Positions 1-9,263 are shown, counted from the first letter of the stretch. The stretch: 17,708 nt of DNA from Polyangiales bacterium (GCA_045106895.1 JBGCFM010000110.1:1-17708), one strand, 5' to 3'. Notes: generated by a model from the letters alone, not told the origin. Made by a program: numbers and translations.

Positions 1-34
1 GCGGCGATTCGTAGGGCGTTCCAAGGGCTGCGCT

Positions 35-1939
35 TCATGCCCTCAGACTACGCGGCGCTCGGCCGTCCGTCACCCGTGAACTATGCGCTCTCCCCGGAAT
101 CGACGGGGCTCCACGGCGCGCTTGGCAAGAAAGGGACGCCAGGGCAATGCTCGTCACACCTTCTGCCTTCGCCTGTGTCTCCGGCACGGGGAAGACGCCC
201 CAGGTGACGGAGCCGATGGAGAGCTGCATGCCGTCCGACGTGAGAGTCCACGCTACGGGAAGCGAACGCGGAGTCGGCGGGAAGCGCCGCTCGCCTTCGA
301 GCGGGCCCGCGAGAGTCATGGTTCCCGTGTGTGGTTCGAGGGTCACTGACTGTTCGCCGAAGTAAAAACGTGCGTTCTCATTCGGCGCGATCTCTGCGTG
401 CATCGAGTCGCGGGCAGAATCCCACTCGACGGAGTCGCCGGCCGGCCGTTCGCGAATCGCGCCGACGAGGACGGAACCCTGCTGCACTCGGTCCAGCCAG
501 TCATCGACTTCCGAAGCCCAAGGCACTTCCGTGTCCTTGAGGGGCGCAAGCCAGTGAGTCTCAATCCAGCCGAGTGTTCGTCGCAAAGCGGAGGCGCGGA
601 GGCAAAGGCAGAGCGCCGACACATATACGTCTCGCTCGGCGCCCGCCCAGAGGAAGAGGTGGCCCCAGCCGATGTTGGACGCTGAATGCCAGTGGGTGCG
701 TCCGGAGGGGTTGAGGCGTCGTGCTGCGGCGGTGAGTGAGCCCTTTGAGTTTCCTCGGCCTAGCCATCCTGCGTCCCGTGCTCGATCCCAGGTGGGGCCT
801 GGATCCGTGAGGTGGTCATCCATGGACGACACGACCAGGTAGTCCGCCCACGCCTCCGGCGAGAGGTCTTCGCGTTTGGCGGGCGGAGCTCCGGCCCCGG
901 CGCACATCTGGACCGCCTCTTCGCGCGAGAGGGCAGGCTCGCGATGGCTGGTCTCGCTCATGGTGTCGGCGAGCTCCCAGGCGCTCATGTCTGAAGCCAG
1001 AAGGCAGAGCGGGGTGCCGGCGCTTGGGTTTTGGACAGGCAAGGAGGCGAGGGTTTCGATGAGGGCGCCGGCTTTCTTCGCCTTGGCTCCCTTTACGCCG
1101 CTCCATCGCGCACGCGCCGCTCGCAGCCCGGAGTGTCCAGCGCAGGCGAGCCAGAATAAAGCCGCGTCGCCTGCCTTCTTGTCGCTTAGGAGCCCCGCGA
1201 TGGCTTCGAGACCATGCGACGTTCCTTGTTCCACGAGGAGCGCCAGCGCTCGGTCTAAGTTCGCGGGCTTTGTGCGCTGGGTTTTGAGGATCTCGTCGAG
1301 GACGCCGGCGCCGAGCCAGTCCGAACGAAAGTCGATCTCCCCGGGGTTGCCTTTGCGAATGCCTTTGAGGATGCGCTGCGCGAGCGCTGGATAAACTGCG
1401 CGGAGTCCGCCGCTGATTTCTTCGCGCCGATTGAGCTGCTTGAACGTGTTGGAATTCAGGTGAGCTTTGGGGTCGCGCAATCGCTCCGTGAGCCATGCGC
1501 CGACGAGCTCGTCCCTGCCGTGCTCCGCCCAACTCACAGCTCCTCTGCCGCCCGAAGCTTGTCCAAGCCTCGCGCCGGCGCGGTCTTCGATTTCACGCCG
1601 GGCTGCACTGGGGTGCATCACCAAGAACTTCGCAGCGAGGGAGGGCACCTCATCCAAGACAAAGTTGAGGACCTGCTCGAAGGTAGGGATGCCTTCCCGA
1701 GCAACCTGGATTTCAAGCATCGAGACCATGAGCGTGACGTGCTCGGGTTCCGTCCGTAGCCAGCTCTGCCACTCGTCCGTGGACACCTGCGAGTCATCCA
1801 CCTCAAGGTCTGCGCTGGACCAATCCAAGCCTCGCTCGTTCCTCTGAAGACTCATGAGGAGACGCATCGAGCGGTGCCAGTGGGCGCGTCTTTCGCTCGG
1901 CGCGGAACGAAGTTGGGCGAGTAGCTCGGCGTTTTCCAT
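35..1939 (-). CDS. Hypothetical protein (634 aa), probably largely alpha-helical with a beta-rich C-terminus
   Basis: Long ORF with natural protein composition. ATG is preceded by TATGCT (5 nt upstream) and GAGGAG. No family motif recognised. Confidence 0.75.
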   Translation of the reverse strand: MENAELLAQLRSAPSERRAHWHRSMRLLMSLQRNERGLDWSSADLEVDDSQVSTDEWQSWLRTEPEHVTLMVSMLEIQVAREGIPTFEQVLNFVLDEVPSLAAKFLVMHPSAARREIEDRAGARLGQASGGRGAVSWAEHGRDELVGAWLTERLRDPKAHLNSNTFKQLNRREEISGGLRAVYPALAQRILKGIRKGNPGEIDFRSDWLGAGVLDEILKTQRTKPANLDRALALLVEQGTSHGLEAIAGLLSDKKAGDAALFWLACAGHSGLRAARARWSGVKGAKAKKAGALIETLASLPVQNPSAGTPLCLLASDMSAWELADTMSETSHREPALSREEAVQMCAGAGAPPAKREDLSPEAWADYLVVSSMDDHLTDPGPTWDRARDAGWLGRGNSKGSLTAAARRLNPSGRTHWHSASNIGWGHLFLWAGAERDVYVSALCLCLRASALRRTLGWIETHWLAPLKDTEVPWASEVDDWLDRVQQGSVLVGAIRERPAGDSVEWDSARDSMHAEIAPNENARFYFGEQSVTLEPHTGTMTLAGPLEGERRFPPTPRSLPVAWTLTSDGMQLSIGSVTWGVFPVPETQAKAEGVTSIALASLSCQARRGAPSIPGRAHSSRVTDGRAPRSLRA

Positions 1940-2026
1940 GCGCGAGCATACGCTCCTCGTTGGGTCAAATTCCCGCCGATATGAAACTGGCCGTGGCGCG
2001 GCTCGCCGAACATATCGTCCGCAGGA

Positions 2027-2839
2027 CTAGTTCACGGCGCCGAGCTGTCGTAGCTGCCGGTCACTCTCGTCGTCTGCGGGGAAGAACGTCTCGATGCGTA
2101 GCTCCTGCAACGTGATGTCCTGGGCCGTGCCGAGGCTTGTAATAGCCGTGTAGAGTTGAAGGTCGTAGGGCCCGTGCTTCATGTGCATAGGCAGCAAGAG
2201 TGACGACGGCGCCTCGACATCGAGGGAGCGCCAATCGCTCGGCACGCCGTCATAGGCGAGGACCTGTTTGAGCAGCTTGGCCAGTTTTGCATCGTGGGTG
2301 ACGGCGAGTTCGCGGTGCAAGCGTGCGACCATGGCACGCGCGAGGACCTCCCAGTTGGCGCATCGGTCGCGGACCCCTTTGGGATGGAGCAGTAGACGGA
2401 TCAAATTGGGTGGGCCGTCGGCGAGGACAGCGGCGGGATCGACGACGAAGGCCGCCGTGAATAACGATGCCGAAGCGTTCGCTTGAAGCAGGTTCCAGCA
2501 GCCGTCCACGACGACGGCGCCGTAGGGCTCGGCTTGTTTCAGCATGAAGTCGATGATCGTGCGTACCGGCGCCATCTCGGGTGCGTTCAGGTCTGTCTCG
2601 CGGTAGGCGGCTGCAAAGCCCGCAGCGGCGAGGAGCGCGTTTCGTTCACGCAGTGGCACTTCGAGCACGCTTGAGAGGACCAGCAGCATTTCGCTGCTCG
2701 GTTTGCTTCGGCCGGTCTCAAGGAAACTGAGATGGCGGGTAGAGACCTCGGCTTCCGTCGCCAGTTCCAGCTGCGTCATCTTACGCGCTTGGCGCCACTT
2801 TCGAAGGAGGGAGCCCACCGGTGATGGTGTTGCGTTCAT
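2027..2839 (-). CDS. XRE-family HTH transcriptional regulator with MmyB-like (PAS-like) ligand-binding domain
   Basis: N-terminal HTH_3 signature LLRKWRQARKMTQLELATEAEVSTRHLSFLETGRSKPS, followed by LRERNALLAAAGFA, PYGAVVVD..WNLL.AN, NL.RLL.HP and DITLQELRIETFFPAD, typical of MmyB-like regulators. Start trimmed to ATG 2839 (2857 possible); the ORF-track extension to 3019 overlaps the upstream gene. Confidence 0.93.
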   Translation of the reverse strand: MNATPSPVGSLLRKWRQARKMTQLELATEAEVSTRHLSFLETGRSKPSSEMLLVLSSVLEVPLRERNALLAAAGFAAAYRETDLNAPEMAPVRTIIDFMLKQAEPYGAVVVDGCWNLLQANASASLFTAAFVVDPAAVLADGPPNLIRLLLHPKGVRDRCANWEVLARAMVARLHRELAVTHDAKLAKLLKQVLAYDGVPSDWRSLDVEAPSSLLLPMHMKHGPYDLQLYTAITSLGTAQDITLQELRIETFFPADDESDRQLRQLGAVN

Positions 2840-2918
2840 GGTCTGAATGTACCTCATGTGGAGAAGAACCTGCGGACCAGCGCCGCCGCGAGGAGTGCGT
2901 CGCCGAGGAGGCCGCCCT

Positions 2919-3353
2919 TCATCGAGAGGTCGAAACGCCTGCGCACTTTTGTGCCTCGGCGGCGTTGGGGGTGGCGGTGAGTCGTCGCAGGCCCACGAGC
3001 TGCGCGATGCAAAACGCATCGACGAAGAGCGCCACGACGACGGTCGCAGTCCAGCCCACTTGGTTCATGACGCCGGGCCAAAACAGCGCCAGCATCAACG
3101 TCCCAACAACCCAGCCGGCGTCCATCAGTGAAATCGCGGCCACCCAGGAAGCTCGAAGCGGCTTCTGCTTTGCCACGAAGGCCACGCCGAGGCCGAAGGG
3201 GACGAGCGCTGCACCGATCACTTGCAGGACCCAGGCGGGGTGGACGCCGAGACGCGGTCCGAGGGAGCTTGCGAAAAGCAGGAGCGACACCCCCGTGCAC
3301 AGCGAAAACACAGCGTTGGCGCCGAGGGCGCGTCGGACGATTCGTTCATTCAT
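2919..3353 (-). CDS. Small four-TM integral membrane protein (type often adjacent to XRE/MmyB regulators)
   Basis: Four hydrophobic segments (RRALGANAVFSLCTGVSLLLF... DAGWVVGT... FCIAQLVGLRR). GGAGG lies 8 nt upstream of ATG 3353. Confidence 0.85.
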   Translation of the reverse strand: MNERIVRRALGANAVFSLCTGVSLLLFASSLGPRLGVHPAWVLQVIGAALVPFGLGVAFVAKQKPLRASWVAAISLMDAGWVVGTLMLALFWPGVMNQVGWTATVVVALFVDAFCIAQLVGLRRLTATPNAAEAQKCAGVSTSR

Positions 3354-3402
3354 TGGTTTTGCCTCCATGAACGCCAATTTAGGCGCCTAGAGCGCACGGT
3401 CG

Positions 3403-3419
3403 ATTACCTGGGAGGTAAT
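3403..3419. promoter_or_regulatory. Perfect palindrome ATTACCT-GGG-AGGTAAT, candidate operator of the XRE/MmyB regulator
   Basis: 7-bp perfect, AT-rich inverted repeat in high-GC DNA, about 50 nt upstream of the membrane-protein start. It abuts a possible -35/-10 pair (TCGACC-N16-TAAATT on the minus strand). Confidence 0.7.
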
Positions 3420-4036
3420 GCGGATTCAGGAGCGGCGAAGATTTGGTAGACGGCTTGGTAGAAGTTCGTCGCGCCGCGGAAGTCTGGCTCGGCGCCCAAC
3501 ATGAAGGGCGCGTCCACGGTTGCCACCCCGCAGAAAGGCCGCAGGTACCAACTCCATTGGCTGCCCACGAGCAGCGACAAGAGCATCCACACGGCGGTGA
3601 TGGTACTGGCGCGACGAGCGCTGAGCCTATGCTCGGCGGCGAGCGTGCGCGTTCGGCGGAAGAGCGCCAGCGCGCCGGAGCAGGCGATGGCGAGGACGTT
3701 GAGTGCGAGAAAAAGAGGGTAGTCGTGGAGACCGTTCTCGTCGGCGCGTTCGAGGGCGAAGGTGAGAAAGAGCATCACCGGCGCGAGCGCGGCGAGGAGC
3801 AGCGAGGTGTCGGCGAAGATGGCGAGCACAGCACGAAGCACGGCGCGAAACCCCAGACTTGGGCAGAGGGCGCGCGCGGCAAGAGTACATGCAAGGGAGC
3901 ACACCAGCGCGGTGACCAGCAAGAGCAACGGGAACTTGATCAGATTGCGCAGCGCAAAGACGAGGCTGTGCACCGAGCCGATGCTGAAACCGTAGATCGC
4001 CGACGCTCCTGCGAGCATCAGCAGCTGGCGTATCAT
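3404..4036 (-). CDS. Multi-pass membrane protein (Yip1-like; resembles the bacterial family often auto-annotated 'actin-binding WH2 domain-containing')
   Basis: About five TM helices. Motifs AIYG..IGS.HS, IKFPLL, LAPV.LF, GSQWSWYLRPF and NFYQAV. ATG 4036 overlaps the upstream stop (ATGA). Confidence 0.8.
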   Translation of the reverse strand: MIRQLLMLAGASAIYGFSIGSVHSLVFALRNLIKFPLLLLVTALVCSLACTLAARALCPSLGFRAVLRAVLAIFADTSLLLAALAPVMLFLTFALERADENGLHDYPLFLALNVLAIACSGALALFRRTRTLAAEHRLSARRASTITAVWMLLSLLVGSQWSWYLRPFCGVATVDAPFMLGAEPDFRGATNFYQAVYQIFAAPESALPPR

Positions 4037-4701
4037 CCGCCGAGCCCGAGGAAGACGCCCATGCGGTAGGTGATGAAGAGCAGCAGACACTGCCAGACGA
4101 TCGTCAACATAAGCAGATTGGTGACGTTCTCTTGCGCGGCGCGGATGCGGAGGCTTCGCATGAGCTGGCCCATGCCCGCGAAGAGTGAGACGCCCAAGAG
4201 CGCGTATGCCACCGCCGTCATGGTTCCCGATCCGGACATGGTCGCACTCAGGAAGAGGACGATGGGCGCAAAGCCGACGCTGAAGATGCTCGCCACGGAG
4301 CTAACGAGCACTCCAAGGGAGAGACTCTGGCCAACGCGGAGTCCGAGGCCGAGGTAGCCGGCGAAGATGTGCAGCGAGGGCAGGCAGATGGCGACGGAGC
4401 CAAGATAGAGCGCCGCGATGTGCCAGAAACGTTCGAAGCCGAGTATGAACCCAAAGGGCAGCGCGTAGAGGAGGCTCGCCGCCAACATGATCGCGATGAG
4501 CAAACCCGCGTGGCGGTCCATCGTGACGGTGCGCGTCCAGCGCTCGCGCTCCGCGAGGAGAAGATCGATCCAGCGCTGAGGCCGAAGGAGCGCGGCCAAG
4601 AGTTCGTCGCGGGTGAACGGCTCGACCTCCGGCGTGATGACCTCCGGGGGGTAACGAAAGCTCTCGTGCACATGCGTCTGCCCGCCAGTCGTTGGTGTCA
4701 T
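4033..4701 (-). CDS. Multi-pass membrane protein, distant paralogue of the downstream gene
   Basis: About five TM helices. Motifs LLYA..FG, ALYL.S.AICLPSL and GFAPIVLFL align with the neighbour. Start uncertain (ATG 4701 or GTG 4671). Confidence 0.78.
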   Translation of the reverse strand: MTPTTGGQTHVHESFRYPPEVITPEVEPFTRDELLAALLRPQRWIDLLLAERERWTRTVTMDRHAGLLIAIMLAASLLYALPFGFILGFERFWHIAALYLGSVAICLPSLHIFAGYLGLGLRVGQSLSLGVLVSSVASIFSVGFAPIVLFLSATMSGSGTMTAVAYALLGVSLFAGMGQLMRSLRIRAAQENVTNLLMLTIVWQCLLLFITYRMGVFLGLGG

Positions 4702-4756
4702 GGGCCAGCAACCTGACTCGACCACAAGCGCATTCCCGATGGAACGAATCGGCGCG

Positions 4757-6391
4757 TCAGCGCCGTGACCCTCGGGGCCTGGCATCCCGAACCGCAAAGC
4801 TGACGTCGCCGACGCGAATGCGCTCGGACCCTGCTGCGACCTCCAGCACGATGGAGAGCGTATCGGGCGCGTCGAGGCCGACGCCGATCTCGACTTCGTA
4901 CACGACGACTCCTTCCTCTGCTGCGGGCGTGCGGCTGAGGCGAACGGAGCCGACGGAAACGCTCGACGGTGCCCGGGCGATCATGCGCTCGGGTAGAGCG
5001 AGGGGAGACCGGACGAGCAAGCGCGCAACGCGCCTGGTGCCTCTTCGCAAAAAGGGGCGCTCGGGACGGACGCGGGCTTCGACGATGATGACGTCGAAGC
5101 CGGAGACGACGCGCTCGCGGGCATCCACGCAGCGAACCACGTGGTGACCCAAGGTGCGCAACGTGAGGAGGCTCGCGAGCTCTTCTCCGTCGCCACACCG
5201 ATAGCCGGCGGGCGACACGAGCCAGGTGCCAGGCAGCGCCGTCGGGGGCGTATACGCTCGTGAGGGGTCGCCTGGATCGAGTCTGTCCGAAGGGGGCTCG
5301 CCGCCGCCGGGCGGGACGATTCTTGCTTCGAGGACAACCATGGCGCGGCGCGGAGACGGGCGTCCTTCGAAGAACGCACCGTCGATGGTCGCGACGCTCA
5401 CGTAGTAGGTGCCGACGGGGATTCGCGGGACGCTGAATTCCGTCGCGTCTCCGGGAACTTCAACCGCTGCGACAAGCTCTGTGCCGTCCGGTCGTCTCGC
5501 GACCTCGACGCGATAGGCGCTGGCGCCTGAGACTGGATTCCAGCGGCCTCGCAGGATGGCTCCGGAGTGAGCGAGCCCCATGAAGCGACCATCATCGTCG
5601 GTGCGCCAGCTCGGTGGGCGAGGAAGCGGCCTGGGGCGGCTGGGGCGGCCTCCGGGCTGAACTTGGGTGCCGGTGCCTTCTGGAACACGCACCCCATCGA
5701 CAAGCGTCGTGCCCTCGAGGCTGGCGATACGGCTGACACCTTCGCCGTCGACGGCGACGAGGGCGTCTGCGCCGAGGCGCGCCGTCGCGCTTGGCGTGGT
5801 CACCGTTGTCGTCACCGCCGCGCGCCCCGTGAGCTCCCCCAAGCGGCCACGGAGCGCGCCTCGCTCAAGGGTCGCTCGCACGATACGTCTCGGTGAGGGG
5901 CGCCCCGCTCCGGTGAGGACGACGAGGCTCTGCGAGCGCATCTGCAATACGCCGCCGCCTCGAAAAATGAGCTCGCTCGCGGAGCGTTCGCCGGTGGTGA
6001 CGCGATCTCCGCGATGCAATGCCGCACCAACGCGTGCACCGGACCAGAGGGGTGACCCCGAACGCTGCAGGTCGACATCACGCACCACCCGCGCAACCCC
6101 TGCCTCTGCGCCGGCGAGGGCAGCCGAGGGCAGGCGCAGCGTTTGGCCCGGTCGCAGATGATGCGGGGCAGGTCCCAGTGAGTTGTGCGCATGGATTAGG
6201 TCGATGCGCCGGGAGCTGCCGAAACGAGCGCGGGCGATGGAACGACAGCTGTCTCCTTCTACGACCGTGTAGTTCTCGAGCGTCGCTCGCCCTCGCACTC
6301 GCACGTCCGCATTCTGAGCCTGGGCCGGTGATGGGCGTGCGAGGCAAAGCGCTACCTGAAGCATCGCCAGAGCCAGTACACGAGCGCGCAT
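4757..6391 (-). CDS. Secreted LysM + FecR-domain + fibronectin-III-like protein
   Basis: Signal peptide ending AQAQ. LysM: YTVVEGDSCRSIA...HN....HLRPGQTLRLP. FecR-like: LHRGDRVTTGERSASELIF.GG..LQM..QS...LERG...TTPSA. FN3-like: WNPVSGASAYRVEVA...GTYYVSVATID. TGATG overlap with the kinase stop. Confidence 0.88.
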   Translation of the reverse strand: MRARVLALAMLQVALCLARPSPAQAQNADVRVRGRATLENYTVVEGDSCRSIARARFGSSRRIDLIHAHNSLGPAPHHLRPGQTLRLPSAALAGAEAGVARVVRDVDLQRSGSPLWSGARVGAALHRGDRVTTGERSASELIFRGGGVLQMRSQSLVVLTGAGRPSPRRIVRATLERGALRGRLGELTGRAAVTTTVTTPSATARLGADALVAVDGEGVSRIASLEGTTLVDGVRVPEGTGTQVQPGGRPSRPRPLPRPPSWRTDDDGRFMGLAHSGAILRGRWNPVSGASAYRVEVARRPDGTELVAAVEVPGDATEFSVPRIPVGTYYVSVATIDGAFFEGRPSPRRAMVVLEARIVPPGGGEPPSDRLDPGDPSRAYTPPTALPGTWLVSPAGYRCGDGEELASLLTLRTLGHHVVRCVDARERVVSGFDVIIVEARVRPERPFLRRGTRRVARLLVRSPLALPERMIARAPSSVSVGSVRLSRTPAAEEGVVVYEVEIGVGLDAPDTLSIVLEVAAGSERIRVGDVSFAVRDARPRGSRR

Positions 6392-7617
6392 CAACGGCGC
6401 GCCCGTTTACGCAGCGCACGCCGAATTCGCGCGGCGAGGACGTCGACGCTGAGCGGCTTGGGAACGACCTCCAGCGCGCCCCCGGCGAGGAGTGCCTGCA
6501 TGCGCGTGAGGTCTTGAGCATCCACGTCGGCGATGACCGGCGCCACCTTGGAGAGCGCGGCGATGTCTTGCTCGCCGATGGCTACGATGGCCGAAGGCCG
6601 CCCAAGTGGCTCCTCGTCCGTCACCACGAAGGGCACGAAGCCGAGGGCCGAGAGCCCCAAGAGTACCGACGCGTCCACGGAGCCAACGATGGCGACTTCG
6701 TCGTCGGAAGCCGTCGCTCTTTTGGTGGTGTCGGCCGCCGCTTCCGGCACCATGCGTGCGCTTCGCGAACTCGCGTTTCGTGCTCGACCCGTTTCATCGA
6801 GCCGTTCGAGGGACTGGCGGAGCTCCGTCGCGCTGGGCCGCCGGCCGGCTCGCTTCTGCAGCATCGCCTCGATGAGCGGCTGCAAGGACGCGGGAAAGAC
6901 CGTGCTCCCAGTCGAGCGCAAGGGAGGGGGAGGCGCGTAGAGCTGTTTGGTCAACACCTCGAGTTCGCTCCCTTGGAAAGGAGGCGTCCCGGTGAGCATC
7001 TCCATGAGCATGCAGCCGAGGGCGTAGATGTCCGTCTCCGGACCCACTTCGTCTCCGTGCGCTTGCTCTGGAGAAAGGTAGTCAGGTGTGCCGGCGACGA
7101 CGCCCATGGCGGTCATGCGGTCGTCACGGGTGTGGGAGCCGACGAACGCCAAGCCGAAGTCCAGTACACGGACCCGGCCTTCGGCCGTGAGCACGATGTT
7201 CTCCGGCTTGAGGTCTCGGTGCACAAGAGAGATCGAGTGTGCGGCTTCGAGTACATCGGCGATGCTGCTCACGACGCGCGTAGCCTCGGGCCAGGCGAGG
7301 GGCGCTTCATTGAGGCGAGTGCGAAGCGAGCGACCAAGCGCGAACTCCATCGCGATGAAAGACTCGCCGTCGTGCTCGCCGAGCTCGTAGATCGCGACGG
7401 CGTCGGGGTGTTCCAGTCGTGCGGCGACGCGCGCTTCGCGGGCAAAGCGAGTTCGGGCAGCGGCGTCATCAGAGCGCCTTAGAAACTTGATGGCGACCTC
7501 GCGTTCGATGTCTCGCTGACGCGCGCGGTACACGATCCCGCTGCCGCCTTCGCCGACGTACTCGATCAGCTCGTAGCGCTCGCCGATGCGCTCGCCGCGG
7601 CGCTCGCGTGCGCTCAT
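6391..7617 (-). CDS. Cytoplasmic Hanks-type Ser/Thr protein kinase with C-terminal degenerate receiver-like domain
   Basis: GEGGSG, VAIK, RFAREA, HRDLKPEN, DFG, GTPDYLSPEQ and DIYALG all present. No TM segment. C-terminal ...GALEVVPKPLSVDVLAARIRRALRK. ATGA overlap with the cyclase. Confidence 0.95.
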   Translation of the reverse strand: MSARERRGERIGERYELIEYVGEGGSGIVYRARQRDIEREVAIKFLRRSDDAAARTRFAREARVAARLEHPDAVAIYELGEHDGESFIAMEFALGRSLRTRLNEAPLAWPEATRVVSSIADVLEAAHSISLVHRDLKPENIVLTAEGRVRVLDFGLAFVGSHTRDDRMTAMGVVAGTPDYLSPEQAHGDEVGPETDIYALGCMLMEMLTGTPPFQGSELEVLTKQLYAPPPPLRSTGSTVFPASLQPLIEAMLQKRAGRRPSATELRQSLERLDETGRARNASSRSARMVPEAAADTTKRATASDDEVAIVGSVDASVLLGLSALGFVPFVVTDEEPLGRPSAIVAIGEQDIAALSKVAPVIADVDAQDLTRMQALLAGGALEVVPKPLSVDVLAARIRRALRKRARR

Positions 7618-9263
7618 GGCTGGACCTCAAGAATCACCAAGGGCGAGGAGCGTCCGGCGAGGGTGCGTTCGTCGACCTGGACGAAGTCAAAGGCGTCGCC
7701 GGCGTCGTCACGTGTCGCTTCGGTGGCAAGGATTTGACCGGGGCGGGCGATGGCCTCGAGGCGCGCGGCGATATTCACTACGTCTCCGATGGCGGTGTAG
7801 TCCATGCGGCTCTCGGAGCCGACGTTGCCCACGACGGCGTCTCCGGATGCGATGCCAATGGCGATCTGCACGCGCACGTCGTATTTCTGCGCCCAACCGG
7901 CGCTGGCGGTCTCCACGTAGGCGAGCATGTCTTCGGCGGTGAGCAGCGCCCGCTTTGCATGGTCGGCTTGTGGCTCGGGTGCGCCGAAGAGCGCCATCAC
8001 GGAGTCACCCAAGAACTTGTCGACGGTGCCGCCGTGGCGAAAGACGACGGTGCTCATCAACGTGAACAGTTCGTTGAGCAGAGAGACGACCTGCTCCGGC
8101 GGGAGCTCTTCGGCCAAAGGAGTGAAAGCGACGACGTCCGCAAAGAGCACGGAGATGCGCATGCGGCGACCACCCAGCTCCATGGCGTGCTCCCGCTCAA
8201 CGACCTTCTCCACCAGCTCCGAAGGCAGGAAGCGGCCGAGGTCTAGGCGGATCGCGGTCTCCTCACGGATCTGTGCTTCGGAAGACTCGAGCGCTCTAGC
8301 GGCGAAGTCGAGGTCGCGGGCGAGGGCGCCCAGCTCGTCGTTGCGCTCGAAAGGAACACGGCGTTCGAAGCGGCGAGCGGCGAGATCCGCCGCGAAGAGC
8401 GAGAGCGCAGTGATGGGACGAACGGTTCGACGTGCGAAGAGGATGGCCAGCGCAATGGCGAGCAGCGCGGCGGCAGCCAAGCCCGTGAAGATGACTGTGC
8501 GCGTCCGAGCGAGGGGCGCGAGGACGACGTCCGCCGGCGTCTGCACAACGACGACCCATGGCCGCGGCGTCTGCGCGGGCAGTGGCGCGATGGTGACGAC
8601 GAAGTCTTCTTCTTCGATGGACACCGGCGCGCTGAGGTCAGCTGCGATGACGCCTCGAAGCGGGAGGTTTTGCGCGTCCGTGGAGCCGACGATCACACGT
8701 CCGTCCCCTGCGACGACGTGCACGTCGCCCCCGCCGAGGTGGTCGCGTGCGAGGGACACGCTGCGCTGGCGCAAGGCTTCGAGGGGGAGGCGCGCGGCCA
8801 AAGACCCGGCGGAGTCGTCATCACCGAGAGGGGCGCGTGCGAAGAGCTCACCGCCGCTCAGGTCATCCGGCATGGTGCGCTGTCCACGTGTGATGGAGTC
8901 CACCCAGGCGCCGCTCGCATCATAGATAGCGACCTCACGGGCGGGCCCCACGGTGACGGCTTCAGATGCGCGCGCGATTCGATCGTCTTCATCGAGGGCT
9001 GGGTCGCGCAGAGCGTCCGCGACGACGGATAGAGTTCGGTCCAGGCCGTGAAGCTCGGAGCCGAGAGTGCGACCCATATCTCCTGCGATGACGATTTGCA
9101 GAGCCCAGGCAGAACGGCGCAGCGCGTCACCGTTGACGTCCAGCAGAAACGCGCCGGCGACGCCGAGTGGAACCACGCCTACCACCGCCGCCAGAGCCGC
9201 GAGCCTGACCCAGAGCGGGCGGGAGACGCGATTCGTTTGTTCTGCTTTTTGGCTGGGGCTCAT
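7614..9263 (-). CDS. Membrane-bound class III adenylyl cyclase (TM-Cache-like periplasmic domain-TM-HAMP-cyclase)
   Basis: Two TM helices flank a periplasmic domain. HAMP: RPITAL...RNDELGALA. Catalytic motifs FADVVAFT, DKFLGDSVMALFGAP and DYTAIGDVVNIAARLE; the Lys and Thr specificity residues indicate ATP (class IIIb). Start uncertain (ATG 9263). Confidence 0.93.
   Translation of the reverse strand: MSPSQKAEQTNRVSRPLWVRLAALAAVVGVVPLGVAGAFLLDVNGDALRRSAWALQIVIAGDMGRTLGSELHGLDRTLSVVADALRDPALDEDDRIARASEAVTVGPAREVAIYDASGAWVDSITRGQRTMPDDLSGGELFARAPLGDDDSAGSLAARLPLEALRQRSVSLARDHLGGGDVHVVAGDGRVIVGSTDAQNLPLRGVIAADLSAPVSIEEEDFVVTIAPLPAQTPRPWVVVVQTPADVVLAPLARTRTVIFTGLAAAALLAIALAILFARRTVRPITALSLFAADLAARRFERRVPFERNDELGALARDLDFAARALESSEAQIREETAIRLDLGRFLPSELVEKVVEREHAMELGGRRMRISVLFADVVAFTPLAEELPPEQVVSLLNELFTLMSTVVFRHGGTVDKFLGDSVMALFGAPEPQADHAKRALLTAEDMLAYVETASAGWAQKYDVRVQIAIGIASGDAVVGNVGSESRMDYTAIGDVVNIAARLEAIARPGQILATEATRDDAGDAFDFVQVDERTLAGRSSPLVILEVQP

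Noticed and set aside
1977..2017. Inverted repeat CGATATG...CATATCG after the XRE gene
   Set aside because: Only 7 bp with a 27-nt imperfect interior and no U-tract; not enough to call a terminator or operator.
2840..3019. N-terminal extension of the XRE regulator in the ORF track
   Set aside because: Overlaps the upstream membrane gene and is low complexity; the HTH begins right after ATG 2839.
6019..7482. 487-aa plus-strand ORF, and similar long ORFs at 7927-8925, 12520-13428, 12252-13523 and 10698-11507
   Set aside because: Antisense or alternate-frame shadows of well-supported genes. Their Arg/Ser/Val-skewed composition is typical of high-GC DNA.
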